A stretch of 64,000 nt of DNA from Bilabrum cf. latius (lineage: Eukaryota): contig OZ237763.1 in assembly GCA_965178125.1 (NCBI GenBank), positions 558,001 to 622,000 on the forward strand, written 5' to 3'. Below are positions 33,994-47,839 of this stretch, piece by piece. Under the pieces are notes generated by a model, which saw only the letters and a list, made by a program, of their open reading frames with translations, did not search any database and was not told where the DNA came from. How positions within the stretch are numbered: the stretch's first letter is position 1; each line of letters begins with the position of its first letter. The position numbers were made by a program, and so were the translations under genes.

Positions 33994-35560
33994 CGCGGTT
34001 GATGTCCGGCTTTGTCCTCTTTTATCGAATTGTGGCCGCGCGCGTGTGGCCGGAGATTCTATCGCCGCTTCACGCGGCGGTCTGCAATATTGTTGCGATA
34101 TTGCTGTTGCGAGTGGTCGCACTCCGAGAACTGCGACATATTCCAATGAAATGCTGCACCATGTAAGCTTTATAACTAATAATATAGTTTGCCCCAAGTC
34201 TGCTGTGCCAGCGGTCAGATTCAGAGCGTGGACGAGAGCACGGTCATAATGATTGGCTCTATCTGATCTGGTTGGAATGGGCGCTTGGCCTGTCATAATC
34301 ACAGCTGTATCTCAGAGTCTGCACTAGGTACCTATTTCAATGCGTGTGGCAAATCAGTGCGATAATGCCGCGATTTTGAGACAGGATTGGCAAGTTGTGG
34401 ATCAAAGCAAGTGCAACTGCTGTAGTTGCACCTTCCCTTTCATCCGCTGCAGAGAGTTTGTCGATGTTGTTGTTTGCTATGCTTAAGGCAGAGGTATTAG
34501 ATCTAATTGTGCCGAATCTGAATGCCGGATAGAACCGGATCACCGGCAGCAGGCGTGGACCATTCAAATGTAGACTGTTGGGAAGAGTTGGCGAGCGGAG
34601 AGTATCGTGAAAAACTGCTTCGCTGGCAATCTGGTGCTTTCTTAACGTTCATATTACGCCCAGAGCGAGGGAGCACAAGGCTGACCCGCCACTGGCCCCT
34701 GCATGCACCGCATGCTCGAGTACTGCCTTGCGGTCCGCCTTTCGGCACCACTCTTTCTATTTTCGTGTATCTGTCGACCGTAGCACGAACACGGCTTTCT
34801 AAATACAGTACAGTCTGTCCATCTCATCTAGAGCAGCGCCGGCATGTTTTCCAGCCTACTGCGCGTCACAACACCGCGCCCAATTTGGCCTATTGGAAGT
34901 CTCCGCATTTCTGGCGGCTTCACTCTTGTCCACACCTGATCAATAGCGCGCCTAACTGTACATGTGTGGTTTGGTTCGTGTACTTCAATCTTACCACCCC
35001 TTGAAGCTGGCAGTCGAAGCGCTTTAAGGGGCTGTCCCGTCGTGCCTCACTGACTGCGGCTGCGGGTCGACTGGTCTGGGTCAGATGCACCAGGAATGCA
35101 AGCACCGTCAGACAGGAGAGGATCCGCATCCCCAGCGGGGCCTTTACAGCCGCTAGTTTCACGCCCACACAGCCCAGTACAATCCCCGTGCGCTGGCTGG
35201 AGGCGAGCCAGAATTACTCGGCCGCGGTCCATTTAGGTGGGGGGCCCCAAACTGCTGGGGCCACCTGCGACACCAGAGACCCATTTATGCACCATATTGC
35301 ACGTAGCTTATGTTATTATCGAACAAGTGAATACAGGACTCTATTCGAGGAATCTTGGTGCAGTTTGAGACGCTGGATGAGGACAGATCCCCGATCCATC
35401 GCCGCACCGCCTGCGGGACGGCGCCGGCTGTTGCAGCCACTGGCACGGGCTGGAGCACCACATATCGACTGCAAGGCTGCGTAGCACAATGCCATTCCAA
35501 GGCTTGCGCTACTTACACTAAACACCTACTTCTTGTATTTTTATCTGAGTGACGTCTAGG

Positions 35561-37900
35561 ATGCGGCAGTCCCGGCCGGGTGCACAGTTCGCAACCTTTC
35601 TCGCGGCTGCTGTTCTTGTGTCCCTGCAGCGGTCAGAAGCCGCTCCGAGACCAATGCGGATAGCAACTAAAGTAATTCGACCGTTCTCATACGTTGCTCA
35701 GCCGGGTGATCCCCCGCCGACGCCCGGCGCGGGAGGCTGGGGTGGCTACTCACTTGAGGCCTTCGTATCGTACATATACCCGACCGCCATTGCGAACGGG
35801 CTCGACCAGACGTACTCTGGTGCAGTCGAGATTGTCCGATACAACACAACGCTGGAAATTATCTCGGCCGTGCAGCGTGGAACCGTAGACGCCGGCCTGG
35901 CCGCCATCAGTGCCACGGCGTAGAGAGAGAAGCTAGTGGATTTTACGCAGGCGTACTACGCCACTGGTCTTGGGCTGGCGACTCGATCTAGGTTGTCCCT
36001 TGGACGGGCTGTGGAGGCTTTGTTGGGGACATTCTCGCTAGTGGTGGCAGGATTTGCGGCACTTTTCATGTCTCTCACCATCGCGGGTGCTCTCATGCTG
36101 ATTTGGTTCGAGAGCATCGCGCCAGGACCCCGCCCGGTATTTAGGAAAGATTGTGTGAGAGGGTTTCGAGACGCAGTTGTCATGCAAGCCTCGCTGCTGC
36201 TTGCGGCAGAGACCCGAGAGCCGTCTGGAGCGCTGTCCGGGCCGGCCGCGCTGGCGTGCTCGGCCGGCGGCAGGCTCTTCACCGTGGTCGTCACCGCCAT
36301 CAGCACCGCTGCACTCACGACGCAGCCGCTGCCGACGGGAATACAGGACTTTGGCGATCTGCAGGACCGCAGGGTGCTGGTCGCGGTCGGCACCACGGCG
36401 CAGACGTACCTCCAGCAGCAAGTGCCGGGCGTGCGCCTGCTTCTCACACAAAACACCGAGCAGGCCGCAGATCGGTTCATCAACGGTGAAGGGGACGCGT
36501 GGGTGGCGGATGCGGGCGTGGTGTAGCACGATATTCTCGCGAGACAGGGGCAGCAGCAGAGGGTGGAACTCGGCGGACTGCGGGTGTCCAACCAGATCGC
36601 GGACCCTCAGTTCTACGCGCTGCCTGTCTCCCAGACCATGCCCAAGGAACAGCTGGAGATATTGAACAGGGCCGTGCTGCAGTTTTACTCCAGCCTCACG
36701 CAGGCTCGCCTGCAGCAGCAGTACTTCGGCACAAACACCGGCGCTGACCCTTCAGGGGATGACGAGACCGCGTCGGGAGCAGAGCAGCTGGCCAACGCAG
36801 TGTGGGCGTACGTCATCGCGCTGTTCGGGATCATGGTGGCGCTGGGTGTGGGCGGCTTGCTCGTCGGTCTAGCGGCCAAGGCCTACTTCTGCTACGTGGG
36901 AAAACCCGTGGCACGGGACGACTGGGCCTCTGGTGGCTCGAGGTCAAAGGGCCTTGGTGCGCTGCGGTTGGCGAGTGGATTCAAGACAAAGCTGGTGGAC
37001 AGGGCGGGTGGGGCTGCGGGGCCTGTCTCGCCGGCTGTGTATCCAGGAGGGGGCCCTGGATCGCTGGAGAGGGAGGCCAGCACGGGGAGCAGCGCGGGGC
37101 TTGCCAGTGGGCGCAGCAGGAGCAGCATGCTGCGGCGGCTCGACTCTGGTGCTCTGCTCGGGGACTGGCGGGGTCTCTCGGCCGCGTCAAGGGACGCGAA
37201 GCAAGACTTGCTCGCAGATGCAGTGATTGCCGAGTCGCCCCTGCAGGCTGCGCAGGCTAGTCGCATGGAGCCGGCTGCTTCAGGTCCGACGTCCTCTCGG
37301 TTGCCAGCTGCTACTGCTCACAATGCGGGGCGGTCAATGCCATCGAATTTGCGGCAACGCGTGTCTCGCAGTCATGGTGCTGCGGTGTCGTTGGGTCACG
37401 ACGCCTCGATAGACGGCAAGGCCTGGCAGGTGCGGGAGGAGGCTCGAGCAGCGGACGCACCAGAGTTCAGGAGACAGCAGAGGATGCTGGCAGCCGAGCT
37501 GGAGACGGCGGTGGGGACGCACCCCGCTGACCTGCTGTTTGATGTGTACAAGAACGTGAACAGGCTCGCGCAGCAGGGGCTTCTGCAGCGTGCCGCAGAC
37601 TCCCTGTACGTGGTCGCTGGCGCGGAGGATCGCTCCGGACCCATGCTTCGACGTGCGGCGTCCACAAGGCGAGGCCTTCAGGCCGACAACAAGGGCAGCC
37701 GGCCTGGTGCACCGGGCCTCGTTACTATACGGAGAGAACAGAGTGCCCCATCCAGCTCTGGTGGCGCGAGCAGCTCGGTAGAAGTACCCAGCGTTGCCCA
37801 TCGGGCGTCCGCGTAGCAGCAAGGGCCTGTGCGGTCCGGCAGCACGGCTGGTGATGAGGACGAACTCGTAAGTGCCGTGGAGTGGGGCGGCTCGCAGTGA
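35561..37900 (+). CDS. Ionotropic glutamate receptor-like ligand-gated channel lacking the ATD (signal-S1-M1-P-M3-S2-M4), 779 aa, 3 internal TAG
   Basis: Signal peptide; RIATKVIRPFSY; VDAGLAAISATA*REKLVDFTQAYYATGL; TM segment; VVTAISTAALT (SYTANLAAF-like); IQDFGDLQDRRV..GTT; DAWVADAGVV*H; QFYAL; M4. TAG at 35921, 36524 and 37814. Ends TGA TGA (37898-37903). Confidence 0.8.
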
Positions 37901-38083
37901 TGAAGGTTGCGGTCTTGTCCTCGACGAACGAGTAGGCTACAGATTGCTGGCAGTGGCAATATGTGGGTGTTATTTAATTTCGAAGCCCACGTGTAATGTA
38001 GATGCGCCAGATCCATGTATGCAGGACTTTAAATAGCTTTGCAAATTGGATTTCTGGCGAAACTTAGTCTGACAAAAAAAGAT

Positions 38084-41000
38084 TCATCCCCACACGCGCT
38101 TCATCGCATCCTCCGACTACCTTGTAGCCTCTGGCGAGGATTCAGCCAAGCCACGCCTGGCCGAACTGCCTGCATCTCCGTCCGCCCGATGGGCCCTCCC
38201 CTGCGTGCTCGCTGTGCGCGAGGTGAGATGTGATATGTCTAGCCCAGACTGCTGCGGACTGCGGCTCTCATCCAAGTCTGCTTGGCCACCATCGGGCACT
38301 TCACCACGCCCGCTGCCTTCTTTGCGAGTTCCAGTGAGAGCGGACTGACCCGCGGGGCGTACCTTTGAGCTTGGGAGCGAGGCACCGTCTCCCATTCCAC
38401 GGCTGCTCCTGCCATCGACCGCACGGTCAGCCCCCCCCGAGTCGCGCTTGCCTTCGCCAGGCTGCTCTGAAGCAGGATGCTCTTGTTGGGAGACGCGGCG
38501 CTCACCGGCAGCACCGCCTGGTGCACCTCGGGTCAACGAACCGGATGATCCCCCCGACAGCTTGCCTTTCTGATGGCCCTTCGTGCTAGTGTCTGCTGGA
38601 GACACACTGCGGCTGCGGTGCACGTCCTGCTGCTCCCCGCCCCTGCTATCGAGCAGCGGCATGCCACTGATGGGCGAGGCCCTCCCACGCCTGGACGAAG
38701 CGTTACCGTCACCGGGACCATCCCCGCTGCTACCATCGCCACCAGCGCCACCTCGTCCTCGGGGTCCGTCGCGTCGCACGCTACCGACGACGGTAGGCTG
38801 CGCGTCGATTGTGCTGGCCACTGACGTGCCAGTGGTCTACCTCGCTGAAAGGGGACCCTTACGGTAGGGCGCATGCTGGTGCGCTGCACCATATCTCTGG
38901 CCACCTTTGGGCCGGCCATGTGCCCCGGCCCCCCTCCGAGCGCTTCGACTTCGAAGGCCCTTCTCTAGCTCGCTCTCGTCCTCAGAGCCGAAGGTATGGA
39001 CGTCTCCCTCGAGAGATCCCAGCGTGCCCATTGTGCGGTGCGAGTGCTTGTGTGTGAGCTTGCGGCGCGCCGCATCCACCGGCAGTGTCCGTCGAACGCC
39101 AACATTTTCACCCGAGTCACCGCTGTTCTCCGCGATCCGATCCATATGACCCTGGCCGTCCACTCCCGCACCAAATGCTGCACCCGCTCGCACCCTGGGT
39201 GTGGCTGCCTCGAGCGCAGTGCTGCCCCCGTCGCTTCCCCGCTGCTGCCTGTCTCCGCCCCCACCCGATCTCGCCGCCACTTCGTCGTCTCCGCGCACCG
39301 ACCTGGCGCCGCCCTCTAATAGGATAGAAGAACCGCCCGCGGTGTCCACGGAAGTCGCACGGCCACCCCTCGTGCCCTCACGCAGGTCACGCACCCGCGG
39401 AGACTGCGGGGGCGAGTGCTTGAGCTTGCTGCTCACGTTCGAATTGGGCTCCTCGGAGCTGCCGCCCGACAGCTGCCTGGGCATGGCCGAGGTGCCGTGC
39501 ATGCCTAGGTGCCTGGCATCGCCAGCAAGCACGCGAGGACCGGTGCCGGGCGTGGCTCGCAGATTGCGAGCTGAGCTGTCGCCACTGCCATCATGGATCA
39601 AGTCCTCGCCGCCGCCGGTGCGGATCCGCAGCTGCACAGTACTGCGTTTCCGCTGCCCGCCAGCGTCTCCCACGTGCCCTGCGCTGGTACCTGCCCCGCG
39701 GCCTGCTGCTTGATCCGTGTCCTCGTTCCCGCTCGAGCTGGACCGCTGAGCGATGCCGACAGAGCTGCCAGCCCGGCTTCTTGGCGCGTCGTTCTGGGTG
39801 AGGCTGCCTGCCCTGTGGTTGCGCCCGGCCGGCCCAGAGGTGGGCGGCAGCGAAGATCGCTTCGACCTCGAATCGCCGCTGCTGCTTGTGACCTTAGGAG
39901 TGGCACCGCTGACCGCAGGCCGGATGCTCGTGCCATCCTTTGCACCGTCAGACCCGCTGGCAGGCTTTGGCGAGCTGTTGGCCCCTGCGGCCTCGGCTGC
40001 TAGGTTTGCGTGGTGCAGCGATGGCATGGACGCCCGCCCGCTACCGGTCCGTGCGAGAGCGACAGAAGCACGGGAACGAGGCTTGGACATTAGGTGTCCG
40101 TAGAAACCGGCGGCTGCCCTGTCATCCAGAACGAAGTCCTCGCTCCGCCTGCCCTCTGTGGACTGCGGCGACCTGGTGCCCTCTTCACGGGCGCCCCTGT
40201 CACTCTGCTGGATTCGATCGTTCTCCACGGAACGGCTCTTCCCATGACCCCCAGCGGCCTCCCGCTTCCCGCCGCCGCCGCTGTCCTGCTTCTCCGCAAC
40301 CGGGTCCTCAAGGATGGTTTGTGAGACCGTCCCTGCCGCCAGCTGGTGCAGCTCGTCCCGCGAAGCCAGCGTGGCGGACGTCATCGCGCCGCTCCCCAGC
40401 CGGCTGCTGCTGCCGGTGGCCCAAGGCTTCGCTAGCCCGCCATTCTGGATGCTGCCGGAACCCCCGTTGCGCCGCAACGCCTCCATTTCCATGGACTGCG
40501 TGTGCCCTGGCCTGCCTCCCTGCGGCTCTGCCTCGACGTCGGCAAGGCTACCGCTCTCTGTGCCGAACCGGCTGTCCGTCCTGGACTTTGAGGCCCTGCC
40601 CTCTCTGCCCCGGTGGCTGCCAGCGTGCTCATGGTGTCCGGGTGCATCGGCAAACGCACTGCCGCCCCGTGGCTACCTGCCGTGCCCGCCCTCGGCGCCG
40701 TTATCGGCTGTGTCGTCGCTCGGACGCTCCGGGACGTATTCGAGAGGCGCCGAGCTGCTGCGTCCCCTGTGCCCTGCCCTCTAGGCCTCACCACCACGCG
40801 CCTCTTCCCTGTCTGAATCGTGCCCGTCTCGCGTGGACGCCTTGCTCTTCATGAACTGGTCTCCGCCCCACGTCTGCTTGGAGCCCATGCTGGCCTTGGA
40901 CCCGTTGCGACCGAGCCTGCTGGTCCCAGCGGTTCCGCCGCTCCCGTGATTGCCGCGCCTGTGCGCACCAAGTCCGCTGCCCCCTCCGTTGCCAGAGCCT

Positions 41001-44000
41001 TTGCTGCCAAACAGGCTGGGCCCGCCGTCTTTCTGTACACCTGCCGCCTGCAGCAGCCGCTGCAGTGCTGACTCGAAGATGTCCTGCCGCGTGAGCACCT
41101 GGTTCAGCAGATCCATCTGCTCGTGATGCATCTGCTCCATTCGGTGCATGGCATCGCCGTCCACCCGACTGCCCCCCGCTCCCGGCCCCGCACCAGGCAT
41201 GAAAGTCAGGTCGCGGTGGTCCAGCCCACCGCCACCGAACCGCAGACCGTCCGAAATCATCTGTCTCCTGCTCTTTTTGGCCGCAAGATTCCCAGCACCG
41301 AAGCCCATGCCCGACTGCGTGCGCCCGAGCGACCGGTGCGCGCCGCTAGCACCGGAACCCATTCCATCTGATCCGAACGGCAACAAGCTGCTCCCCGCAT
41401 CCGGCTCGTGCTACCCTGGCCGCTGCTGCGGGACGGAAGTGGACCGTGACGCCGCACTAGGCTGCATCATGTCTCGCCGTCTAGAGCCACCCTTCCGCCG
41501 TGGCATCCGCTAGTTGCTTCTGGACCTTCGATTTGCAAGCATCTAGCTGGCAGCGTCTGCAGCCCGAATGGCGCCACCCATCCGCATGGCGGAGGGTGTG
41601 TGCCGCATGCCCACCATCCCGGGCATGCCGCCGATTCCCATCTTGGAGTCGTGCATTCGGCTGATCATCGATAGGTGCGCTGTGGAGAGTACACGCTTCA
41701 CGACCGACCCTCGGCGATTCACGGCGGAAGGAGAGCCCACCACGTCGTTCATGTTGATAGCGCTGCCGCCCTTCCTCATGCCCCTGGTGCCTGCCGAGCC
41801 AGCTTTGCCCCCGCTGCCCACCTAAAAACTCCTAGTGTGGCTCAGCCGCTTTCCACCAGGAAGTGGATCCACTGCGGGGTCGCTGCCGAAGAATGAGCGC
41901 CGGTCCCGTGGCCTGCTGGTGGAGGTGGGTGTCTTGCGAGGCAAGATCCCGAGGCCCAGCGTGGGCTGCGAGTTTGTCGACTCCTGCGATCGACGATGCT
42001 TGCCGGACCGCCCGTGCCTCATGGAAGGCTGAGAGGACGTTCGGGGTTCCAAGCCCCGTCCCTCTGCCTTGCTCATGCTTGCCACTGCCCGGCCACGGCC
42101 CCCGCTGTCAATGGACCTGTTGGTTCGGCCTGCGCTGCCGCTCCCCGCGCTGTTGCTCTTTGCACCTGAGGCACGCTCGGCTAGCCTGCCCCGTTGCCAC
42201 ACGCCGTCTACGCCACTCGAATGCCTGCTGCTCGCGTGGGGCTCTGGGGATCCCCGTGTTCCGAGCGCTGGCTCTGTGCGCCGGAGGTTATCGCTCTTGG
42301 AGGCAGGGCGAGCCGGTGAGGCTGTTCCGGCGAGGCCTGTGCTAGGCGTGCTCGATTGATGGCCAGATGGCTTCTCGCTTGCGCTTGATGTGGGCGGAGA
42401 TCCGCCTTGTTTGTCTGATTGTGCAGCTCTTACCATAGCCCCGGTTGGTCCAGGTGTTGGGCTCCTGCCCGGGCTGCTCTCCAGCGTGATGCCCCGCTCA
42501 CGATTGCTGCTGTGCGCCGAGTGGTCGATGATGGTGCCCATCGAGGGTCCCCCCACGCGCCCCGAGTGCACTCTCCTGTCGATCAGGTCACCCAGTTCCT
42601 CACCGAGAGAGCCCTGGGCCGCCATGACCTTAGCCGAGTGCTCCGGTGACTCTGAGCCGGGAGCCTCCCATGCGACCTTGCTGGCGGTCGCTTTGGCCTG
42701 CAGGTTGCCGCTCTCCTGCGACCATCTGCCGCTCGGACGCTTGCCTTGGGACCCTTCGTCTCCTTCGCCACCACCTCTACCACTGTCTGGTGCCTTGCGC
42801 TCCGTCAGATCCGAGACCTCCCTCTCTCCGCCGCCATCCATCGGCCTGTCTTCGCCGATGGCGCTCAGATCAGTGACGGCGGGTTGCTCGGCTGTTTCCA
42901 GGGCCGGGCCTGAGAACGGCGTGCGGGACTTGGGGCCGCGCGGAGGGCTGCTGTCGGAGGTTCCCACCAGTTCCTCGCCCTCGGTGTCCTCTCTACCCGT
43001 CGCATCCGTCATGTCGTCATCGTCGTCGTCCTCTTCCTTGCCCTCTTCCATCGACTCCCCGACGGTGTCCATGCCGCCGGGCACAACTCCCACACTCATC
43101 GCACCGCCCACGGTGGCCGCGCCGCCATGCTCGGGCAAGCTCTAGCCGTACCCAAGATTTCTAGAGTTCTCGCTGATCCTGACTCCACGGCGACCTCCCC
43201 CCACAGCGTGCCCACCCAGCTTGAGCTGTCCCTGCCACATGGTTGCCTCGCCGTCCTCCTCGATCGACCTCCTCTCCTTCATGACCTCGTCCAGCAGCGT
43301 GCCGTCGTCATAGTGGGTCCTCTTCTTGATCTGGTTGTACCTCCGGCGAGCGACCATCTGCAGGGAGAGGTTCTCAGCCAGAAACAGATGGCATACAGTC
43401 TCAAGGTAGTCTGCGTGCAACTGGAAGAGCTCGCAATGAGTGCACGCCAGCGCGTTCGTCAGGTGCTCCCTGTCCTCTAAAGGCCGAAGAATGGGCACAC
43501 CGAACCCCTCAAAGGCAAGCGACCCACGGTGCTGCCTCTTGGCCGTGTCCTCAGACCGTCGGATCTGGGCGTAGTGCTTGAGAGATGCGACGGGGTTCCG
43601 CGCCAGCACTGCATCGTCACCAAAGTAGCCCCCCGGCCTCCTCCACGACAGCACCGCGCTCTTGGCCAATGCGTCCACCCTCTCTTTCTGCACGGCCTTG
43701 ATGACGTGATGAGACACGCCCTGCCTGTGGATGTGCCCACTGTGTGAAGCTCCGACTTGACTGGAGGCACTGCTGGCTCTCCCAGTCGGAGTCGGTGGTG
43801 CCGGTGCGACTTTGCTCGTGTTGCCGCCGCCCATCCACTGCTGCTCTCCCCGCACCCGCTGCGCCTCGATTCTCTCCAAGGCGCTCTTGACCTGCCTTAC
43901 GCTCGGCACATCGAGCTCTGCTCGGCTCATGCCCAGCCCTCGCCGGGAGGATGACCCGCCCGGAGCTCGGCTGCTGCGGCCTCGCCTGATAGCAGCACCA

Positions 44001-47000
44001 TACGCTGCCTGCTGGTGCTGATGCTGACCAAAGTTTGCACCTGGCAGTGTAGGTCCCTCCCCCACGCTTCCTGCCTCTACGTTGGGAGTCTGAGGGAGGC
44101 CACCTAGCTCGCTTGCGTCCCAGTGCCTGCCCCGGGGTGGCAGGTTTAGGCTGAAGTCGCCATCGCCCTCGTCAAAAGTGCCGTCCCTAGTTACGTTCGT
44201 GCGATCGTACTGGCTATCGCCGTCCTCTCCGTCGTCTTCCTCCCCCGAGGATGGGTCGTCATCGTGGTAGTGCAAGGGTGTGCGGCTCTTTCCGATCCAC
44301 CGAGAGCGGTTCCCGGGCGATGGGCTGAACGTGTCGTTGGCGTCCCGGCTGACCGTCAAGGGAAAGGGCCTCCCTGTGGCATCCACTGTAGTCCTCTAAG
44401 GACTGCCGCTATCATCGGTGAGATGGCCCGCCGCGCTGGCGTTGGTGGTGTAATGCTCGTGGTGATGCACAGAGCTCTTGCTCTCTTTCACCTCACCCCT
44501 ATTATCGCTGCTGTTGCCATGCTAGCCGCCGGCCGCATGCACGCCTACCATGTTGCTGGAGAGCGCCGTGTTCCGGAAGGTGGTATCTTCGGCCCCTCGC
44601 GTGGCCCCGCCGGACTCTTTGGCATCCGAGATCGCTATGCTGAAGGGAGGCTCCACACGGCCCGCAGTAGAGGCAGGCAGCCCGTGCACGGACTGTCCCT
44701 GGGTCCCGTGGCTCTTGCCCGAGCCATGCAGTGACGCATTGTTGGACGAACCGCTAGGTCCCAATCGAGCCGCAAACGGGCTTGTGGAGCTCACACCACC
44801 GGCACGGGAGGGGACCGCGCTGACGCTCTAGCTTCTGCTCTGCCGGCCCTCTGGGAGGCCCAAATCCAGCGAGCCACTGCCCGGGCGTCCAGCGTGGCTG
44901 TCATCCGACCGATTCAGCGCATTCGGCAGGTTCACCCTGACAGGGGACGCGGTTGTCGGCGTGTGGCGGTACGTGCCAGGCTCGCCCAGCAGCGGTGGAC
45001 GGCCCAGCACGCTGCCGGTGACCGTGCCTGCCGGCGTGACGAGGGAGAAATCGCTGGGTCGAGCGCCAGCTCGAGCTTGCAAGGAACCCCCCCGGCCGGC
45101 CCTGGAAGCAGACGCGGAAGCAAGCGACTACACCGTGGATGCCACGCTGGAGCGCTTGCGATTGCGCCTCGACGGCGTGGAGGATGCTTGGTCTGGGTAT
45201 TCATGCGCCGTGCTGTTGACGGTGCTCTGCCTCCTGAGGCCGTGTGCCCTCTCCACCTGCCGCAAGGTCTCTGCCTTGAGCTGCTCCCTGGTAGGGGCAC
45301 CCCCTGCCTTGCCGCCGCCCCTCCTCGCGCCTGAGGAGGACCGTGGCCTTGCACCCAGGCTGCGAGAGGCGGCTCCGAGGGGGCTTCCGTCGTAGGTTTG
45401 TCCCCGCTTGACCCACCCGGGGGCGCGACCCGCCGAAGAGGAAAAGTGCGGGGCACCGATGGCCGGCGTGAGGATGCCGGCCTCTTCCTGCTGTCCGGTC
45501 GTAGGTGTGGAATGCTGTTTCAGCTGCTGTTGGTGCGCCTCGATCACTGCAGCCGGCGCTCCAATCTTGCGGTCCGAGTCGTGGTTGCTCGTGCTGAGCG
45601 GGTGAGATGGTGTGCGCGGGGCTCCAATGCTCTGCGAGCGCGCAAAAATTCCCCCGGTGCGACGATCGCTGCCTCCCTACGATCCCCCATTCGACATGAA
45701 ATTCACGCCAGCACCCACACCTCCTCGGGGCAGCCTGCCTCGACCGTACGATCTCGATCGCGGGCGGGAGGAGCCAGGGTCTAGCCCGGGCGTCCCTGCC
45801 CCGGCCTCCGCTGCCTCCACCACGGACGCAGCCGCGCTGGTCCGTCTGCCCCCACGGAAGAGCTTCCTCCTCCCTGAGGCGCGCGACAGCGACATGCGCC
45901 TCCTCGATGGCGCGATGATTGCACCGAGGATCCCACCGCCTCGGGAGCTCTCTCCCCCCGTGCTCATGTCCACGATGGTGTCGATCACGCTCTAAGTGGG
46001 CACACCCGGCATCACCTCCATCATGTTGAGGTCAAGGTCAGGATCGAGCAGCGCCACCTCGCCCTCCTTGACGAAGAAGAGACCCTCGGACATGTCGCCC
46101 ACCTGCACCAGCACCTCCCGCGGAATGGCCACTTGCTGCATGAGACCGTATGCAATCAGCTGTGCCATCTTTGCCTCGAATGTTTTGAACACCCTTGATT
46201 GGTTGAGCATTTGGCCGTGAGTGATCCTCAGTATCTCCATCTTGAGCATGGCAGGCAGCTGGTTCAGCTCTTCCACCGACATGTACCTGCCCCTGCTCCA
46301 AGTGAACTCGAAGAACCTGCGCACCTTGTCCTGCACTTCCTCGGGCACCTACCTGTCCCTCATGTAGATGGCCCATTTCTCCTGCCTCATCTGAAACTGC
46401 ATCTCCTGCGTGTTGAGCCTAGCGATCAGCGACGTGAACAGGGCGAAGATGTTCGCGGTCACGACAGCCCCAAAAAGCATCACCACCACGGAGTACAGTA
46501 ATTCTCCCAAGCTAACACCGGTGACGTCACCGTACCCCACTGACGTCAGGCTGGCAGCAGCCCAGTACAGCGCGTATGTGTATTGAGTGCCCGGGCTCAG
46601 GCTCTCTATCCCCTCCGCCTCCAGCCAGTTGATGGGCGCGTCATCTCCCCCGGAAAAATCCTTGGCATAGCCCAGCCACCCCTCTAGCTTTGGAAGCACC
46701 CCGAACAGGCAAGCCACGTAGTGCGTGATTAGCACGAGACCGCTCAGCAACAGGCCCAGCCGAATGTACAGGGTTGCCTTGAGCTTGGCTGCCAGCGCAA
46801 ACAGCCTGCTCAGCCGGAAGAGCCGAGCGATACGGAGGATAGCTAGAAGCTGAAACGTTAGCTAGGACTGGGCGGTGACGTCTGTCTATGACAGCACCAC
46901 GATCAAGTCCGTCGGGATCGAACCAAGAACGTCCGGAAAGAACCAACCGGACAGGTAGTGCCACGCGATTGGCCATGCTTTCGTTACCCACTCCCCGGGC

Positions 47001-47455
47001 CTCTGCGGATCTTCGTAGCTCGTCCTAAAGGATAGCGCTATATCTATCAAGAAGATCAGGTCGATTGTCATCTCAAAAAATTGCAGGCTGTCGACGGTCG
47101 CAAAGCCTATCTAGTACGGGACCATAAACGCGACGTAGACAACCAAAATCATGACAAGCACATCCCAATTAACTTTGTAGTCAGAATCAGGATTGATTGG
47201 CTCCCGGATGCACCGGCACAGAGCCCGGCAACCCTGAGTACAGGCGTCGGCTTCGTCCTCCATATCACTGTCATCATCGAAATCATCATCCCAGTCGAGG
47301 CCACTCTCATCAAGAGGTATTGACTTTGGCCTACATACCGATAGCTTCGGAGGTCGACGGCCGCCGTATCCCCCAGACGACGAAAACTATGATTCGCCGC
47401 GCTTGGCCGCATCATCCGACAAAAGGAGCGAGCTAGCTGCGCTCCGGTCCGACAT
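38084..47455 (-). CDS. Voltage-gated K+ channel of the CNBD superfamily (KCNH/HCN/plant Shaker-like), about 3123 aa, 20 internal TAG
   Basis: ATG 47455. INPDSDYKVNWDVLV; DIALSFRT; HYLSGWFFPDVLGSIP; S4 LRIARLFRLSRL; pore YWAAASLTSVGYGDV; C-linker MRDR*VPEEVQDKVRRFF; CNBD halves LFFVKEGEV and PGGYFGDDAVL...ALACTHCELFQL. One frame to TGA 38084. Confidence 0.88.
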
Positions 47456-47839
47456 GCGGCGCTACGGAAATAACTGATAGCTTAAGCTAACTTTTCTGTT
47501 GGAGTAAGCTCCTTAGACAGCCACGACGTGCCCTGTGGTCGAGAGGAGCGTCTCAAGCCGCAAGGCACGGAAATGGAATTGGGTTTCACTGAGACTGGGT
47601 GGCAGGTGTGGTACAAATCAAGTCACAACGGCTTCAGAATGTATGAAATACTGAGGTCCAAGTGGTATCCGGTCACCTTGAAGATTTCAATGGCAGCAGC
47701 CGTTCAATCTTTGTCGCGGCAGTCGACCCGTTGCGACCGCCGCTGCCTTGTTTGAGCTTGGTCGCAAATTGGCCCAGGGTCGCATGTACGCCCATAAAGA
47801 ATCGAGACAATCAAGAAAATGAAGCAGCATGCGTAGTCA

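Noticed and set aside
34000-35540. Short ORFs in the lower-GC interval before the iGluR-like gene
   Set aside because: No consistent frame even with TAG read through (TAA and TGA are present) and no recognisable motifs.
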